Below are positions 25,201 to 37,710 of a stretch of DNA of 64,000 nucleotides, piece after piece. Each line of letters opens with the position of its first letter. The first letter of the stretch is position 1. The translations under genes were made by a program, and so were the position numbers. Origin of the DNA: Neoechinorhynchus agilis. Its lineage: Eukaryota; Animalia; Acanthocephala. Location of the stretch: contig CM121343.1 of NCBI GenBank assembly GCA_051530055.1, positions 2,822,389 to 2,886,388 of the forward strand, in the 5' to 3' direction. The notes beneath the pieces were generated by a model. It saw only the letters and a list, made by a program, of their open reading frames with translations. It was not told the origin of the DNA and made no database searches.

Positions 25201-26548
25201 AGAAGGTTGCTCAAAATGTCCTTAGTGTCTTTTTTGTGAATGAACTTTGGGCGTAAAGTCTTTTCTGTCCAAACGAATTTGAAAAATAGCATATGAGAGA
25301 TTCTCATTAATATAGTTCTGAATACGAGATGCCGAAAAGGGTTTTTAATTGTTAAAAGGCCGCTAGAGGTTTAATGGGTTGGTGGGTAATAACCTCTGGG
25401 GTAAAATAGTAGAATCTACTGCTGTCCTTTTATCCGTCTTCTGTTATGTTATTAAAACATTAAACCTATTTAAAACCGCGGCTCCACCCGAATTTCATTG
25501 TAAGCAGTACAGATTATGGACGAACTGATCTCTATTCGCGACCGTTTATAATTGCGTTCGAGTCGATAATGATGAACCTGTTTACTTCGCTAATTTTATT
25601 AGTCTTTTTTGGCAACCGCTCACCTCTTGATTGGGTTGTTTTTCTGAATGTTGCTAGCTTTATCAAGTCTTGACTGGGTAATATTTGATGCTACATTTTT
25701 GATGTCAGATTTTATGCTAAAAACCAAATTGCTACTAGGATTGATTTATATAAAATTCGAAATTCCAAACGATAATTGCGGTTGCAATATGCTACCTTGG
25801 ATTCAACCACTAGTAAAACGGAATTTTATTTAATATAGGCTGAGGTTATTGCGAAAAAGCAAGGACTACTAAATGATGATAATCTTCGGAAACGAAACAA
25901 AAAGTGGATTAAGGTTCATTTATCGAGCATAGCGAAGTTTTCATTAAAAACTCCTTCTGAAAGAGTACAACCCGGGACTCAAAAACTGATGATGTCTTAA
26001 TGCAAATCATTGCTGAACAAATTGCTGTGGAGTACGTGTTGAACCTTTAAGCTTAGATTTACACTGATTACACGAAGAATGATAGACAAACCCACTTGGA
26101 AGGATTTGCTCGTTTTTAGAATGGTCGTGGTTCCTCTTAAGCACGTAGGTTTTATTTGGTCCTCGATGACATTTACCGCTGCTATCAAGATTCGATTATT
26201 AGTGCTGAAGGCTTTTTGGATAATGCGACACAAAATTATGAGGTTCCCCCTTAATGACGACGAAAAACTGGATTTAATCCGGAACAGGCTAGGCTTAAAT
26301 AGATCTACCTTTGAAACGAAGTTTGGTCGCCGCTTTGGAGAGCTTCTAAAGCTGGATTTGTACAAATGGAACAATTTTGAGGTCTATTAAAATTCAACCA
26401 CACTTTATAATTCTAATTTTAGAAATGGCATCTGCAGGAGAAGAGCGATGAAGAGAGGTTATTACTGCAAAGTGCAAGTGCAAAGCGCATTCGGAGGTGG
26501 ACAAAATCTAATGCTAAAAATCACATTAAATTTGATCAAGAGTGTTGA
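22232..26548 (+). CDS. DNAJC25: DnaJ homolog subfamily C member 25
   Basis: Exons give LYCGNENCYDVLGV, HPD, AYETLK..R.DYD, PKYR, AKKQGLL, KPTWKDLL, KRIRRW, colinear with DNAJC25. One GC-AG intron (~22818-22861) and one ~2.9-kb intron (~22934-25836). Confidence 0.9.
24240..25330 (-). mobile_element. Degenerate CR1/L2/Jockey-like LINE remnant (APE endonuclease to start of RT) inside the DNAJC25 intron
   Basis: IFLFGDFNDP..KW, PSQPTF, KSFWHILK and IMPVKAK...DLRLISI fragments. Confidence 0.65.
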
Positions 26549-27439
26549 TGCCTTGAACAACCAATTTTATTATCTTCCTAATTTGCGACCGAAGTACTCA
26601 GCTCATGATAAGCTACATTTTACAGTCAAAATTTACTTAAGAGAAATATTAGAAGCAACAAAGACCCAAATTCTGACTCAAATTGATGTCTATTCTTCGA
26701 TGTCATCTTCGTTAAGTTTAATTGATCGTCCCGCTTAAAAATGGATATTGTTTCAATGATTTTTGCTGCGAATCTTAAACTTCATTAATATCTTGCGCAC
26801 ATAATCGGTTAGTTAAAAGTTAGTTTGAGCAGCAGATTATTAAATGGAAAGGAAGATCTTTGAAATTTAAGCAAGTTTGCCGATACAGAATCAAACAACT
26901 GTGAGCAATTGAAAATACCACATCCATTCTGTACGGTTATTTAGAAATAATGGTTCCCGATAATTGAAGTAAATCAGCTTTCGTCGGTGTATACCAAAAT
27001 GGTTTTTAGGATCGCAATCAAGATGCGAATACCCACTTTCTGACCTACGATACTTCGAACCTCATTTACATATCCTGACGATTGAATTGTTCTTAAAATG
27101 GTTGTTTTCTAGCATAGAAAAATTATAATGATTTTATTTTAAAATCTCCGATATTTCGGCACAATCTTGTACGCGTTTATCAAGGTTGTTTCTCACGCTT
27201 GTCACTTGAATAGGAACAATACATGTTTGATGAATTTCTAATATGGTTCCAACACTTGATGGCTTCCAAATGTTAACTTATTAACGCTATTACGCTTAAT
27301 TTTCGACTAAATTGCCTATATGGACTTCATCGAAATTCGTTTCGTCGGTATCTCGGGACGCTAAGACGAGACTTTTCTAAAATACATTGATAGCCTGGAC
27401 TGTTAATTGGTGCTCAAAATACTTGAAATATAATTTTGG

Positions 27440-27700
27440 TGAGCATACGCCTGGTCACAACCTATTTGATTTATTGGAAATATTTCGAAGGAGGTGACCT
27501 CGCCTCATTAGTCATTGCTTCTAAGTTTTTAGATACACGAACCCGAATATTTAAAAAGTTGCAAACAATGACTGATGAGGCGAGGTTACCTCCTTCGAAA
27601 TATTTCCAATAAATCAAAATCAAATAGATTATGACCGGCATTATGTTCATTAAAATTATACTTTGACTTACCCGAAGGCTTTTCTATCAATGAATACTTA
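27440..27700. mobile_element. Fold-back repeat, family A (second copy)
   Basis: Right arm nearly identical to 1160-1295. CTGATGA 27572-27578, GAAA 27597-27600. Confidence 0.8.
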
Positions 27701-27779
27701 AAATGTTTATATATGGAGAGATTACGCGATAGCCGGGGAACATTAGAATTAGGTGTCAGGAGCAACGCAGTTAGTGTAC

Positions 27780-27985
27780 TGGAATTATTGTGGTTAGAAG
27801 TCTACACCCGCGGTAAATGATCTTTTTTCGATTAAAGACGTTTCGAACCTCGTCGGGTACTGATCATGAACCCACGATGAGGTTCGCAGAACGTCTTTAA
27901 TCGAAAAAAGATCATTTACCGCTGATATAGACTTCTAACTATAATAATTCCAATCACATTCACCGGTACCTCCTCTCACATATCG
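27780..27985. mobile_element. Fold-back repeat, family C, derived from the Penelope 3' end
   Basis: Arms ~27780-27844 and ~27889-27952. Homologous to 35370-35490 downstream of the Penelope endonuclease. Confidence 0.75.
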
Positions 27986-29164
27986 ACAGTTAGTGTACTT
28001 TCACTAAGTCTAATAATTATGATTTGTGCGGCCCTAAGTAAAAAATTAAAAGAATTCTCACGATTTAATCGTTAAAACACAGCTAGTAGGTGATTCCTTA
28101 GCCGGAAATATCGATTTATAATCTCTACATTCAAGTTGGGTCACCTGATCCGTACAGAAATGAGAAATTGAGCAGGTTGCTATTTATGTATCAAAGTCTA
28201 ACTGATTCAATCATTCCTCTGATCTAAGAGATCGGTTTGACTGTATGCCTAAAAAAGAAAATAAGCCCAGGAAAGGATGTTCTAAAAAATACTGAAGCAA
28301 TATAACCGACTTGTTAGTGTAAACATTAGAGAACGCAATATATTTTTAACAATTCAAACAATCTGTTAAATAATATAGAAATTTTCATTTATTAGTTTTG
28401 CCAGCCCAGATTTAGATTCATTAACTTATTTAATTCCGACTTAAGTAGCTAAAGTCTTAAATAACTTAAAAGCAACGACAAACCATGGGGAAATGTCGGA
28501 ATTATCCGACGTGAAATATCGTGGAAATAAATTAAATCCGATAGGTGGCAAAACTACCAAAAGGAAGTCTTTTCCCTCGAAGATGATAATCCAAGACATA
28601 ATATAGAAATCATTAAAATGGTTAGAAACGCAACTCGTTATTGGAGATTTAACAAGGGGCTACTCGTAGGCTATTTTAGAGTAGATATTGATCGTTGTGA
28701 GAATAATGTAACGGACAAAGTCTGGGATGCTTTATATATTAAAGGTAGGGAAGTAGTACAAATAATATTTTATTGAAATATTATTTGTACTACTTCCCTT
28801 CTTTTTACAACAATGGATTATATTTTTACAACTATATTAAAGGCTCGAATGTGCTTAAGATCGTTCTTTTAGTTACCTAAATAGCTTTTTCCAAGAAATA
28901 GAATAATCGAGCAGACATCTTTAAATTTTATAAAATTTAGCTACCCACAAAGAAGCGTGAAGTCATACATAACAAATATTTGTGAATAACAAATCAATTA
29001 ACATATTTGATTATATTTAATTACGTTTCTGTATTCCGCGTTTATCCAATTTTCCACATTCCATGTTTCGCTAAAACACCAGTAACAATCCACATTGATC
29101 ATCATCATCATTATGTGCCGTTTTTGTTGGCATTGCGAGTAACAAGTACACTTTTCGTTCAAAC

Positions 29165-31965
29165 GCTTTTGGTATGAGCTATTCTAAGCACGAGAAGAGT
29201 TATTTATATACAGGAGCACCAATCTCAAGAGCCAGCAGAAGTCTTTGAAAAGGAAATCACGCTGCAATAAAAAGGATATCCTTGACCTGTATTGGCCGAA
29301 GTTGTCAGATGATAAACATGAATTCTCACTAGACCATTTTGTTTGCAGAGAAACGAAGCACAAAGCGTACGTATCCATTTCGTTCTGTATGGTTGCCTTC
29401 ATAGCATAAGAAAGATAGTACAACATTTGAGCAACCTCCCTGTAAGATCTCTGCTGATTTCGCTTTCTCGGAGCTACGATAAAAGCGAGAAAACTTGTGC
29501 TCTAGGAGAGTGCTGTGCAAACAATATATTTATAATTTAAGAACACAATCACGATGTACAAATTTGACGGAAAACAACCAAAATTGTCCTGCCGAATGAT
29601 CCAAGAAGTGACTTTCCTTTATGCGTAGGCACTTTTGTAGCACACGCTTCAACATGAAATTGATTTTGCAAGTTGCATCGATAGGTTGGCTGGATAAATT
29701 GTTGTTTTGCCTCTCATTATTTTCTATTTTATGATCAGAAATCATCCTATGTTATCTGACGTTGACCCTGGATTCTCGATATCCGTCTGTGTATAGACTT
29801 TCAAAAAGAAAGGCTGCATTATCCATCCGAGACGTATCTAAAGCCCGGCTGCATAGATTTTATGAGATGCAGAATAAAATGCTCTCCCGGCGTGCTCATC
29901 AGAGACTTATCTCATCAAAGTCCACGGAATCGCCTGTTTTGACTGCTACAAATAAGTTGGCTTCAATGCTATCCGATCCCAAAAACGTTCTAAAATGGAA
30001 TCTTACAGTCTATGACCTAAATAACCTCAAGCGTCTTGCTGTATGGATAAAAGGCGAAGAAGGTGTTAAGACTGTTGCGAGGTTCAAGTCAAAACGTCCA
30101 GAGACATTGGATTGTTTAGATGCTCTTCTCCAGTTGTTGGTAGATGACAACAACACCAAAATTATCAGTGTTAATGATGTAAATAAGACTGGATGTACGT
30201 TGTATAAAAACGAGTCAACAAATCATAAACGATCGGGTAATGTGAAACGATTGGTCCCTGAGGACACGAGGAATGAGTCGTTCTTACACAAAAGTATGAT
30301 CGGACTTTCTCATAGATGTTATTGTTGTTCATTTAGAAGTCACTCCATGGAAGCTTTGCTCAAGTAAGCTAAGAATCCGACCACGGCATGCTCATTCAAC
30401 ATGCTGGTGCCAAAATAAAGCCAGTCGAAGGCACAGGTACGCATGCTACCAATGTGAATGCCACAACATAACCTCGATTGGACACATCCCTGGGATCGTG
30501 AGAGAAAACGTCTTGGAGCTAAGATTAATCGACTTTAAAGGAAAGTCCTTACTACGAAGAAGCTTAAAAATTACCGATTTCATTAACACTCAGTCACTGA
30601 CAATCAAGGGCTCTTTAACATTGGATTCAATTCGGTCTATAGATCTAATGTATATGATGAACTTACAGACCCTTTTTTTATCGGATCTACCAAATCTCAA
30701 CTATATAGATCCACATATATTTACTCAGCAATCGCTTAGTCAGATTTCTCACTTTATAGTCCACAATACTGGTCTCTCCATTCTTAGCATTAACGAAACG
30801 TACCGGACGCAGCTAGAAAATGTGACTTTGGACCACAATAGAATACTTTGTGGATACAGTGGGAACTGTTGGTTGTTCGAAAGTGGAGCTCACGTGAATG
30901 CTAAGAAGCAAGTGATAAATGTTTCTCTTGATAAATGCATTTACCGAAACATCGAGTTTGATCCTCAATGGAGCAATTGTGGGAATTGTCTTGATCATGT
31001 GTGCCCCGATCAATCCATTTGTACTGCGGTTGACAATGTAGCACACTGTTCAGAAACTAACACATCGTTCAACATTGGTAAGTGAAAATATCTCAAAGCT
31101 ATTTCGTGCATCCGTCTAATTTCAGAAATCTGCTATTTCCCACCATTGCCTCAAGTTTGCGCGTGCACCGGCACTCACTGCGAATGTAATGGCCTCAACC
31201 AACCAAGAGATGCAGAAAGTATTGATGTGCCAGATATTCGATCGATTCATTTTAGTTCGATGCAATCTGTAGTATTGGATTCTAAGTGGCTTTGTGCACT
31301 TCCTCAATTGAAAGAATTAGAAATAAGTCAAGTTGGAGAAATCGAAATCGAAGCAGGTGCATTTCGGACAAATGTATTGATGGAAAGCTTAAAAGTTATA
31401 GGGAAAATCGGACTTGTGTCGGTCTTAAAAATAGACAACAACAGCTTCTCTAATTCGAGTTTAAACGCAGTGCACATCGAGAACATTTACGAGGGATTTT
31501 TACTACATTCTCTATTGAAGGTCTCGGATAAACTCCAAGAGCTTAGTATAAATAATGCCCGTATGACCAAGGTTCCAACCAACTTAAGCAATTTTACTGC
31601 TCTTCGCCGCATTGATTTCAAGTCGAATCTTATCAAGCAAGTAGATGGTAGTCTGCTTATGCAACTTCCATACCTGTATCGTTTCAACCTCGAGGATAAT
31701 CCACTGGATTGTAGCTGTACTAACGCATGGATACATAAAGCTATGACTGAAGTGGATATTGGGACAAATGACAACGCTCTAGAACGTCCAGTTATTGATT
31801 TTGGGAACGTAAAGTGCAAAATGAGTGAGCAAGCATATGCTGATCTATTTTCTCACAATCCATGCAACATTTGCTCTAGCTTCGATTGTGGTCTTGAATT
31901 TTATTGTGAGCAGGATTTATATGAAACGTCGAGATGCTATACCATCGATATAGTAGAGCATGGTA
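29165..31965 (+). CDS. Multi-exon extracellular protein with two LRR blocks (LRR-NT/LRR/LRR-CT) each followed by an EGF-like module; 5' exons uncertain
   Basis: CWC...CECHN cap, LxxLxLxxN repeats (LQTLFLSDLPNL, LRRIDFKSNLI, LYRFNLEDNPLDCSC) and Cys-rich EGF-like tails. GT-AG intron at ~31078-31125. Linkage of 29165-30315 is inferred only. Confidence 0.65.
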
Positions 31966-32249
31966 TGTATTTGCTTCCTTTTTATCCATCCACTTAATCT
32001 TATTGTGTAGTAATTGCAATTGCATGCTTTTAAATTTCTTGTTTTAATTATTAATGAATGCATTTACAAATCAATCATCGAGAGAAACCCACTCGGGACG
32101 TCTCACCTCATCAGTAATCCGTTTTCAGTTGTTTTATATTGTCGATCCCACATATCGGAGCCATGCAATATAAAACAAATATAACCTTTTTTAGATGACT
32201 GACGAGGTGAGGCTTCCTCTTTTGAAATATTTCAATTTTATAAAACACA

Positions 32250-32520
32250 TCTCGATATTTTGGATTATCTTCGGGGAAAAGAGACTTTTGGTAGTTTTAC
32301 CAACCCTATTCGGATTTAAATTCACTAATTTTTGGTTTTTCCGATATTTCACCTCTCGGATAATTCCGACATTATTATCAAGGTTTATCATTGTTTTAAA
32401 GTTTTAAGGACAAATCTTCATAATAATGTCAGAATTATCCGGGAAGTTAAATATCGGAAATTAGTGTTTTCAAATCTGAGGTGGCAAAACTACGAAAAAA
32501 AAACATCTCGATATTTGCAT
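32250..32520. mobile_element. Fold-back repeat, family D
   Basis: Inverted arms ...ccgatatttcacctctcggataattccgacatt / aatgtcagaattatccgggaagttaaatatcgg. Related at ~28490-28610 and ~34980-35150. Confidence 0.65.
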
Positions 32521-32599
32521 ATATTTAATTTTTTCTAAATTTATACTGGTTATAATCGCTTTAGAAATATCGGTATCCCTCTTAGGACCGTTGTCAAGC

Positions 32600-32990
32600 T
32601 TAGGTGGTTGCAAACTATAAATAAACGTCTCAGTGCGTTCTATTCTATCTTTTTATTCGAAGATCGCTTTGAGCGGTACGATTTTAGCCCAGGGAACACT
32701 GATTTTTTCGGTTCAACTGGTTTTACCTCGAAGGTAATTCCCGGATTATACGAATCGAATATAAGATGTACTTTTGATACACCGATGAAACTGAACACGA
32801 CAATCACCTTTAAGGAATTTGAGGGAAGCAACCCTTTAAAAGCTTATCAACGGTCGGGACATTTGTATTCAATTTAGTCATTCAAAAAGTACTTTTTCGA
32901 GTGTAATGCAACATTGCTAGAGATGGGGACTCTGATGCCTAAAAGTGCACGGAAACGGGGACCATACAAATATCCGAAACTTTTATGTAT
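32600..32990 (+). CDS. Possible CUB-like domain exon(s)
   Basis: STGFTSKVIPGLYESNIRCTF...TITFKEFE resembles the CUB N-terminal pattern. Gene membership unknown. Confidence 0.3.
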
Positions 32991-33050
32991 CAATTGTCTT
33001 TATAATTGATGGAAGGCATCTTTGTTGGGTACTCGCATTGTTTAGTATAG

Positions 33051-33211
33051 ATTTTTCCAAAACGTTCCCGAGTACGATGTTTTATTTTGTCCGAATTTTC
33101 GCCGCTTCACGGCTTCTGCGGGGACTCCCTCGCTCTGAAAAGGTCAGAAAAGTGAAGCGGCGAAAATTCGGATAAAATAAAACATCGTACTCTGGAACGT
33201 TTTGGAAAAAT
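33051..33211. mobile_element. Fold-back repeat, family E
   Basis: ~60-bp near-perfect inverted arms 33051-33110 and 33152-33211. Confidence 0.75.
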
Positions 33212-33489
33212 TTGTCTTTATAATTTAATTTTAAGAACACACTTTAAACTAGTTTGATTCATGCTTTCTATTTACGTTAGAACCTTTTTCAGTCATCTTT
33301 CATGGTAATGCCATGAATATATTGATCCAATAAGACAACAACGAGTAGACCGAATTCACAAGATGTAATACTTAAAACCCTTGACTGAGTGATGACTTTC
33401 AAAAAATGTTGTTGCTGAAGGTATATTTTTACGATAAAATAGGCTTACTCAGCTATGAGTATAAGATCGTCCAGAGCGTTATAGAGTTT

Positions 33490-34338
33490 TACCGTTATTC
33501 GTGCGATAAAAAGTTGCCTGCCCTTAGTTGTTTTTCTATCTTCAATTTTCCGTATCTTTTTAGGCTCACGGCACTGCTTTGGTAATAGAAGTGATTTGTT
33601 TGCAGTGGACGGAACCTGTCATCAATTCCATTTATGCGCTGACAGAGATACAAGTTTCGTGATGAGATGCCCACCGAAGCTGAAATTCGATCTTGAAACG
33701 TTGCGCTGTATTCCGGCTGACATTGAAAGAGATGGCATCTTGTGTTATTCGTCCAGCAATCAAATTGCAATGAAAAAGATATCCTTAGGTATTCAACTAT
33801 CATCATCTTATTATAACTTTATTTTTTTCTAGATCAAATACACATGGTCATTTCCGGGTTTACTTGTCCCAGCAATATAGTTGGTATGGGATATCACGCA
33901 ATGAATAGGCACTTACAGGACGCATGGGATGAAATCCCGGATAATTCTGATTCGCGGGAGTTCGAAACAATTGTTCAATTCATTCAGTACCACGGAATAT
34001 TCAGGCATGATCAATTGGACTGCCAAGGTTACCACCGGTGCCACTACAATAATATCACCGGGGAGTTCTTATACACAACTCCAAATCGATGTCCGATGGG
34101 TACGGTGTTCGATAGCCAATACGATATGTGTATGGACGCAATGTTCAACTACATGAAGACAAATCCCGATCCAATAAGTCAATGCCGATGTAACCTCGCT
34201 ATTTACCAGCATAGATATATCCAGCATTTTCGTAAGGAATACTCAGTGGATCCCGTTTCCATCCCTTTCACTACGTATGATGATTATGATAATGGAGATC
34301 CGTGTTTGAATATCAATGCAAATCCGTACGAAATCTGA
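33490..34338 (+). CDS. Secreted chitin-binding (peritrophin-A/ChtBD2) protein with two domains
   Basis: Hydrophobic leader; C...CHQFHLC...MRCPPKLKFDLETLRC and CQGYHRC...RCPMGTVFDSQYDMC; GT-AG intron at ~33789-33830. Start codon not located. Confidence 0.75.
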
Positions 34339-35369
34339 GTTGGCCACTTACCTGACTTGTAAAAAGTTCCGGTTTTGATTCCATGACAACAACAACAAAC
34401 AATGCCATCGCAAGAATAATGGCGATTTCAATATCATCATCATATGCAAATAAATCGTTTTCAATCATCGAGAGAAAATCATTCGGTTGTGGTGATCATA
34501 ATCCCTTCAACCGGTAACCTCGTCGGGTTCATCATTATCAGTCCTTTTTTTAGAATAAAATTATTATCATTTATTGACATATTTTATTGGATTGAAATAT
34601 TTCGTAAGGCGAGGTTCTTCGTTCTTTATCCTGGATTATGATCACCGCATTTTCAAATTGTTTAGGAGATTCAACTTCAAATCTTAGGTAAAAATTTAAT
34701 CTTTGCCAATCTAAAATTAACAATCATCCTTCTGTAACTATAACAACAAACCATGATAAAAACTAGCTTAGTTCCGGTACTCGGAATCATCCTCAGCTTC
34801 AGGCAGTTTGACTTCTCAATCTTTAGAAGCAAATTGCTCGTTTTTAAAAGTTGAAGGGAGAAACAGTAGATCAACTTCGATGAAAACCGTTTGCTGCCTA
34901 AAATGCTTTCGATTGACCATGAACCCTCAGGACGTCTCTTTTAAAGGGAAACGGGCGTTGGTAATTGACAACAAACCTAAGATATCGTGGATTATTGTCT
35001 TCGGAAAAAAGACTTTGTTTACCCGATATTTAACCTATCGACAAAAATTCCCTAAGGTTTGTCATTGTTGAATAGGGAAAATGTCAGAATTATCCGAGAG
35101 GTGAAATATCGGGTAAACAATCCGAATGGGGTTGGCAAAACTACCAAAAAACCCTAAGATACGCGGCTATACCTCGATAATTCTCAGTGAGTCCTTAAAC
35201 TGTGATCTTTTGCAGTAGCCATGGCAACGAACAAATTTTTCTACTATAAAAACATTGGATTAATTCCTTAGGCGGATAACTGACGTCATAGTGGGTATTT
35301 TGTCGTATGTTTCTAGAAGAATTTTGGAAAGCGCGCGATTATGTGTTACTAATTTTACGGACCGATAAT

Positions 35370-37340
35370 CGTGACGATGTGTGAGAGGAGGTCCCGGGGA
35401 ATGTGATTAGAATTAGTCTATATCGGCGGTAAATGACCTTTTTTCGATTAAAAACATTTCTGCTAGCCTCGTAAGGGGTTCATCATCAGTTCTGAAATAC
35501 AAGTGGCTTAAATGGTTATTCTGCTCTCACACGCGTTTATGACTGATAACGTTCATCGAAAGTTATTGCATTCACTTGCTAAATCAATTGTTTAGTCATA
35601 ATTGACCACTGGCCAGTTTCCAACTCGTTCAATGCCATATTCAACGATACCACCTTCTGGGTCTTTTTATATTCTGCCAATCTCGTCTTCGGATTCCCAC
35701 CACGGGTACGACGAACCCGCGCTCCTGAGCCTAAGGTTACCCATAAAATAACCAATTTTTGTAGATGTTTGAAGAGGTGGATTTTGCCCACGAAATATTA
35801 AATAAAAAGAGAATCCGCTTAACAAGAATAATGTAATTACTGTTGCATTTTTCCTACAAGAAACTTTGTAGGGAACAGCTCTTTTTCTAGTTCCTGGTAT
35901 TTCCGGCGGAAATGAGGTTTCCTATCAGCACGAAAGGTTAAAAATAAAATGGGCATTTTATCGGCAGATCGCTGAATTTTTTTTCGCCAACAATTGGTTC
36001 ATGGGTCTATGTCCGGAACTCCAATTTCGGGCCCATGGATATTTCTTTTGACTGAGTGTTTCTCGCGCACTCCACTTTCTCTCGCCCGGTCATAATCTAT
36101 TTGATTTTGATTTATTGGAAATATTTCGAAAGAGGTAATCCCGCCTCATCAGTTATTCCTTTCGTAGAAAAATTCGAGTCACTCGAAATACCAAAAGTAT
36201 ACATTGATTAATCCGAAGGATTTTCTATCGATAATTAAGAATATTTTTGGGTATCCCAACTTCCTAAAAATTCGTTTTAACTGTTGGATTTCGCCACTGA
36301 GGCACTCCTCATTACCGAAAGCTTTTGAATATACCAACTTTTGTGCTCCTGTTATGGGCACTGTTCCACAGTATATAATTATTTGTTTCAGTTGGCTTTC
36401 TATAGACCGATGTAGTAATTTGTGTTCCATTTTATTGAATTAATACTTCTAGAAACGGCAGCCTTCCATTTTCATCGGACCTTTTCATAGTGAATTTGAT
36501 TCGATTATGTTGGCAGTTGAGATGTTCCATTGACTCATTAGCACTCTGCTTATCACCGGGCCAAATCACGAATATATCATCAACATATCTTTTGTAGAAG
36601 ACTGGTTTGATCGCATACGATTCTATTGCGTTTTTTTTCAAGTGATCCATGAAAAGATTAGCCAGAACTTGAGCAATAGGTGAACCTATGGAGACACTCC
36701 ATTTTTGAACATAATAGATTCCATTGGACTCAAAACTTCCCGCACAAGTCAACTCAAGCAGATTATTTATGTGTGTTTTTGGGTCGATTCCCTGAAGAAC
36801 CGAAAGGAGCTGTGGGGTTGCCGCATTTATGGCATACGTTGGTATAAAGGAGGGATACAACATCCATTGTGAAAATTGTACATTTTTCCGAGATGTTGGT
36901 CTCCCTGAGTTTCTCGACGAATTCCCTCGAATTATTCACATTCGTAGCTACTTGTGATGTTGCCTCTGTCAAGCACTTAACCTTGAACCTTCATAAATCG
37001 TAATTGAAACTGGCATTCATTGATACGATTGGTCTCAAGGAACATCTTTCTTTGTGTATTTTTGGCAGACCACACATCTTCGGAATCTTTGGGTCACTTG
37101 GGTATATCCGTTTATATATTTCCTGGCTTAACCATCCCTTCTTTTTGCCCTGCTTCAGAAGTTTCATAAGCTTGTTCGTCAGCTTATTAGCAGGCGGCTA
37201 ATCTTCTTCAGCGAAGGTATCTGTGTCCGTTAGAATTATACCCATTTTTTTGATTGTAAGTCTCTTTTTCCAGAATTACCGTTATAGTTCCCTTGTCCGC
37301 TTTTAGGAAAACAACTTCCCGACTTTGTTAACGCAAAATT
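35370..37340 (-). mobile_element. Decayed Penelope-like element (RT + GIY-YIG) with a 3' hammerhead
   Basis: ADKG, GLPKIHK...LRPIVS, MDVVSL, GSPIAQVLANLFM, YKRYVDD, LPFL, GYP, VPYKVSC and KTRLAEY motifs, with many stops and frameshifts. CTGATGA...GAAA-tg-TT on - at 35489-35453. Confidence 0.9.
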
Positions 37341-37355
37341 TCTCAATAGCCACAA

Positions 37356-37710
37356 AAAAAATGACGAGGACTGTAAATTTGATATCTAAGTCTCGTCCTC
37401 TGAATAAAGATATTTTTAGAAGAAAATCCATCTAAAAAAAGGTTCAGTTTCCTTGCAAAGCCTTAATTTCTATTTCTAGCGCAATTTTTTTAAAACTAAA
37501 AAATGACGAGGACTGCAAATTTGCTATCTAAGTCTCGTCCTCTGAATAAAGATATTTTTAGAAGAAAATTCATCCAAAGAAGGTTCAGTTTCCTTGCAAA
37601 GCCTTAATTTCTATTTCTAGCGCAAATTTTTTTAATAATTAAAAAATGACGAGGACTGTAAATTTGATATCCATATTAATCTCGTCCTCCGAATAAAGAT
37701 ATTTTTAGAA
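37356..37710. repeat. ~143-bp tandem repeat, about 2.5 copies
   Basis: aaaaatgacgaggactg...gtctcgtcctctgaataaagatatttttagaag recurs at ~37360, ~37500 and ~37645. Confidence 0.85.

Noticed and set aside
30294-30315. 22-nt micro-introns (here and at ~45530-45551)
   Set aside because: Longer in-frame GT-AG alternatives closer to the local size exist in both cases.
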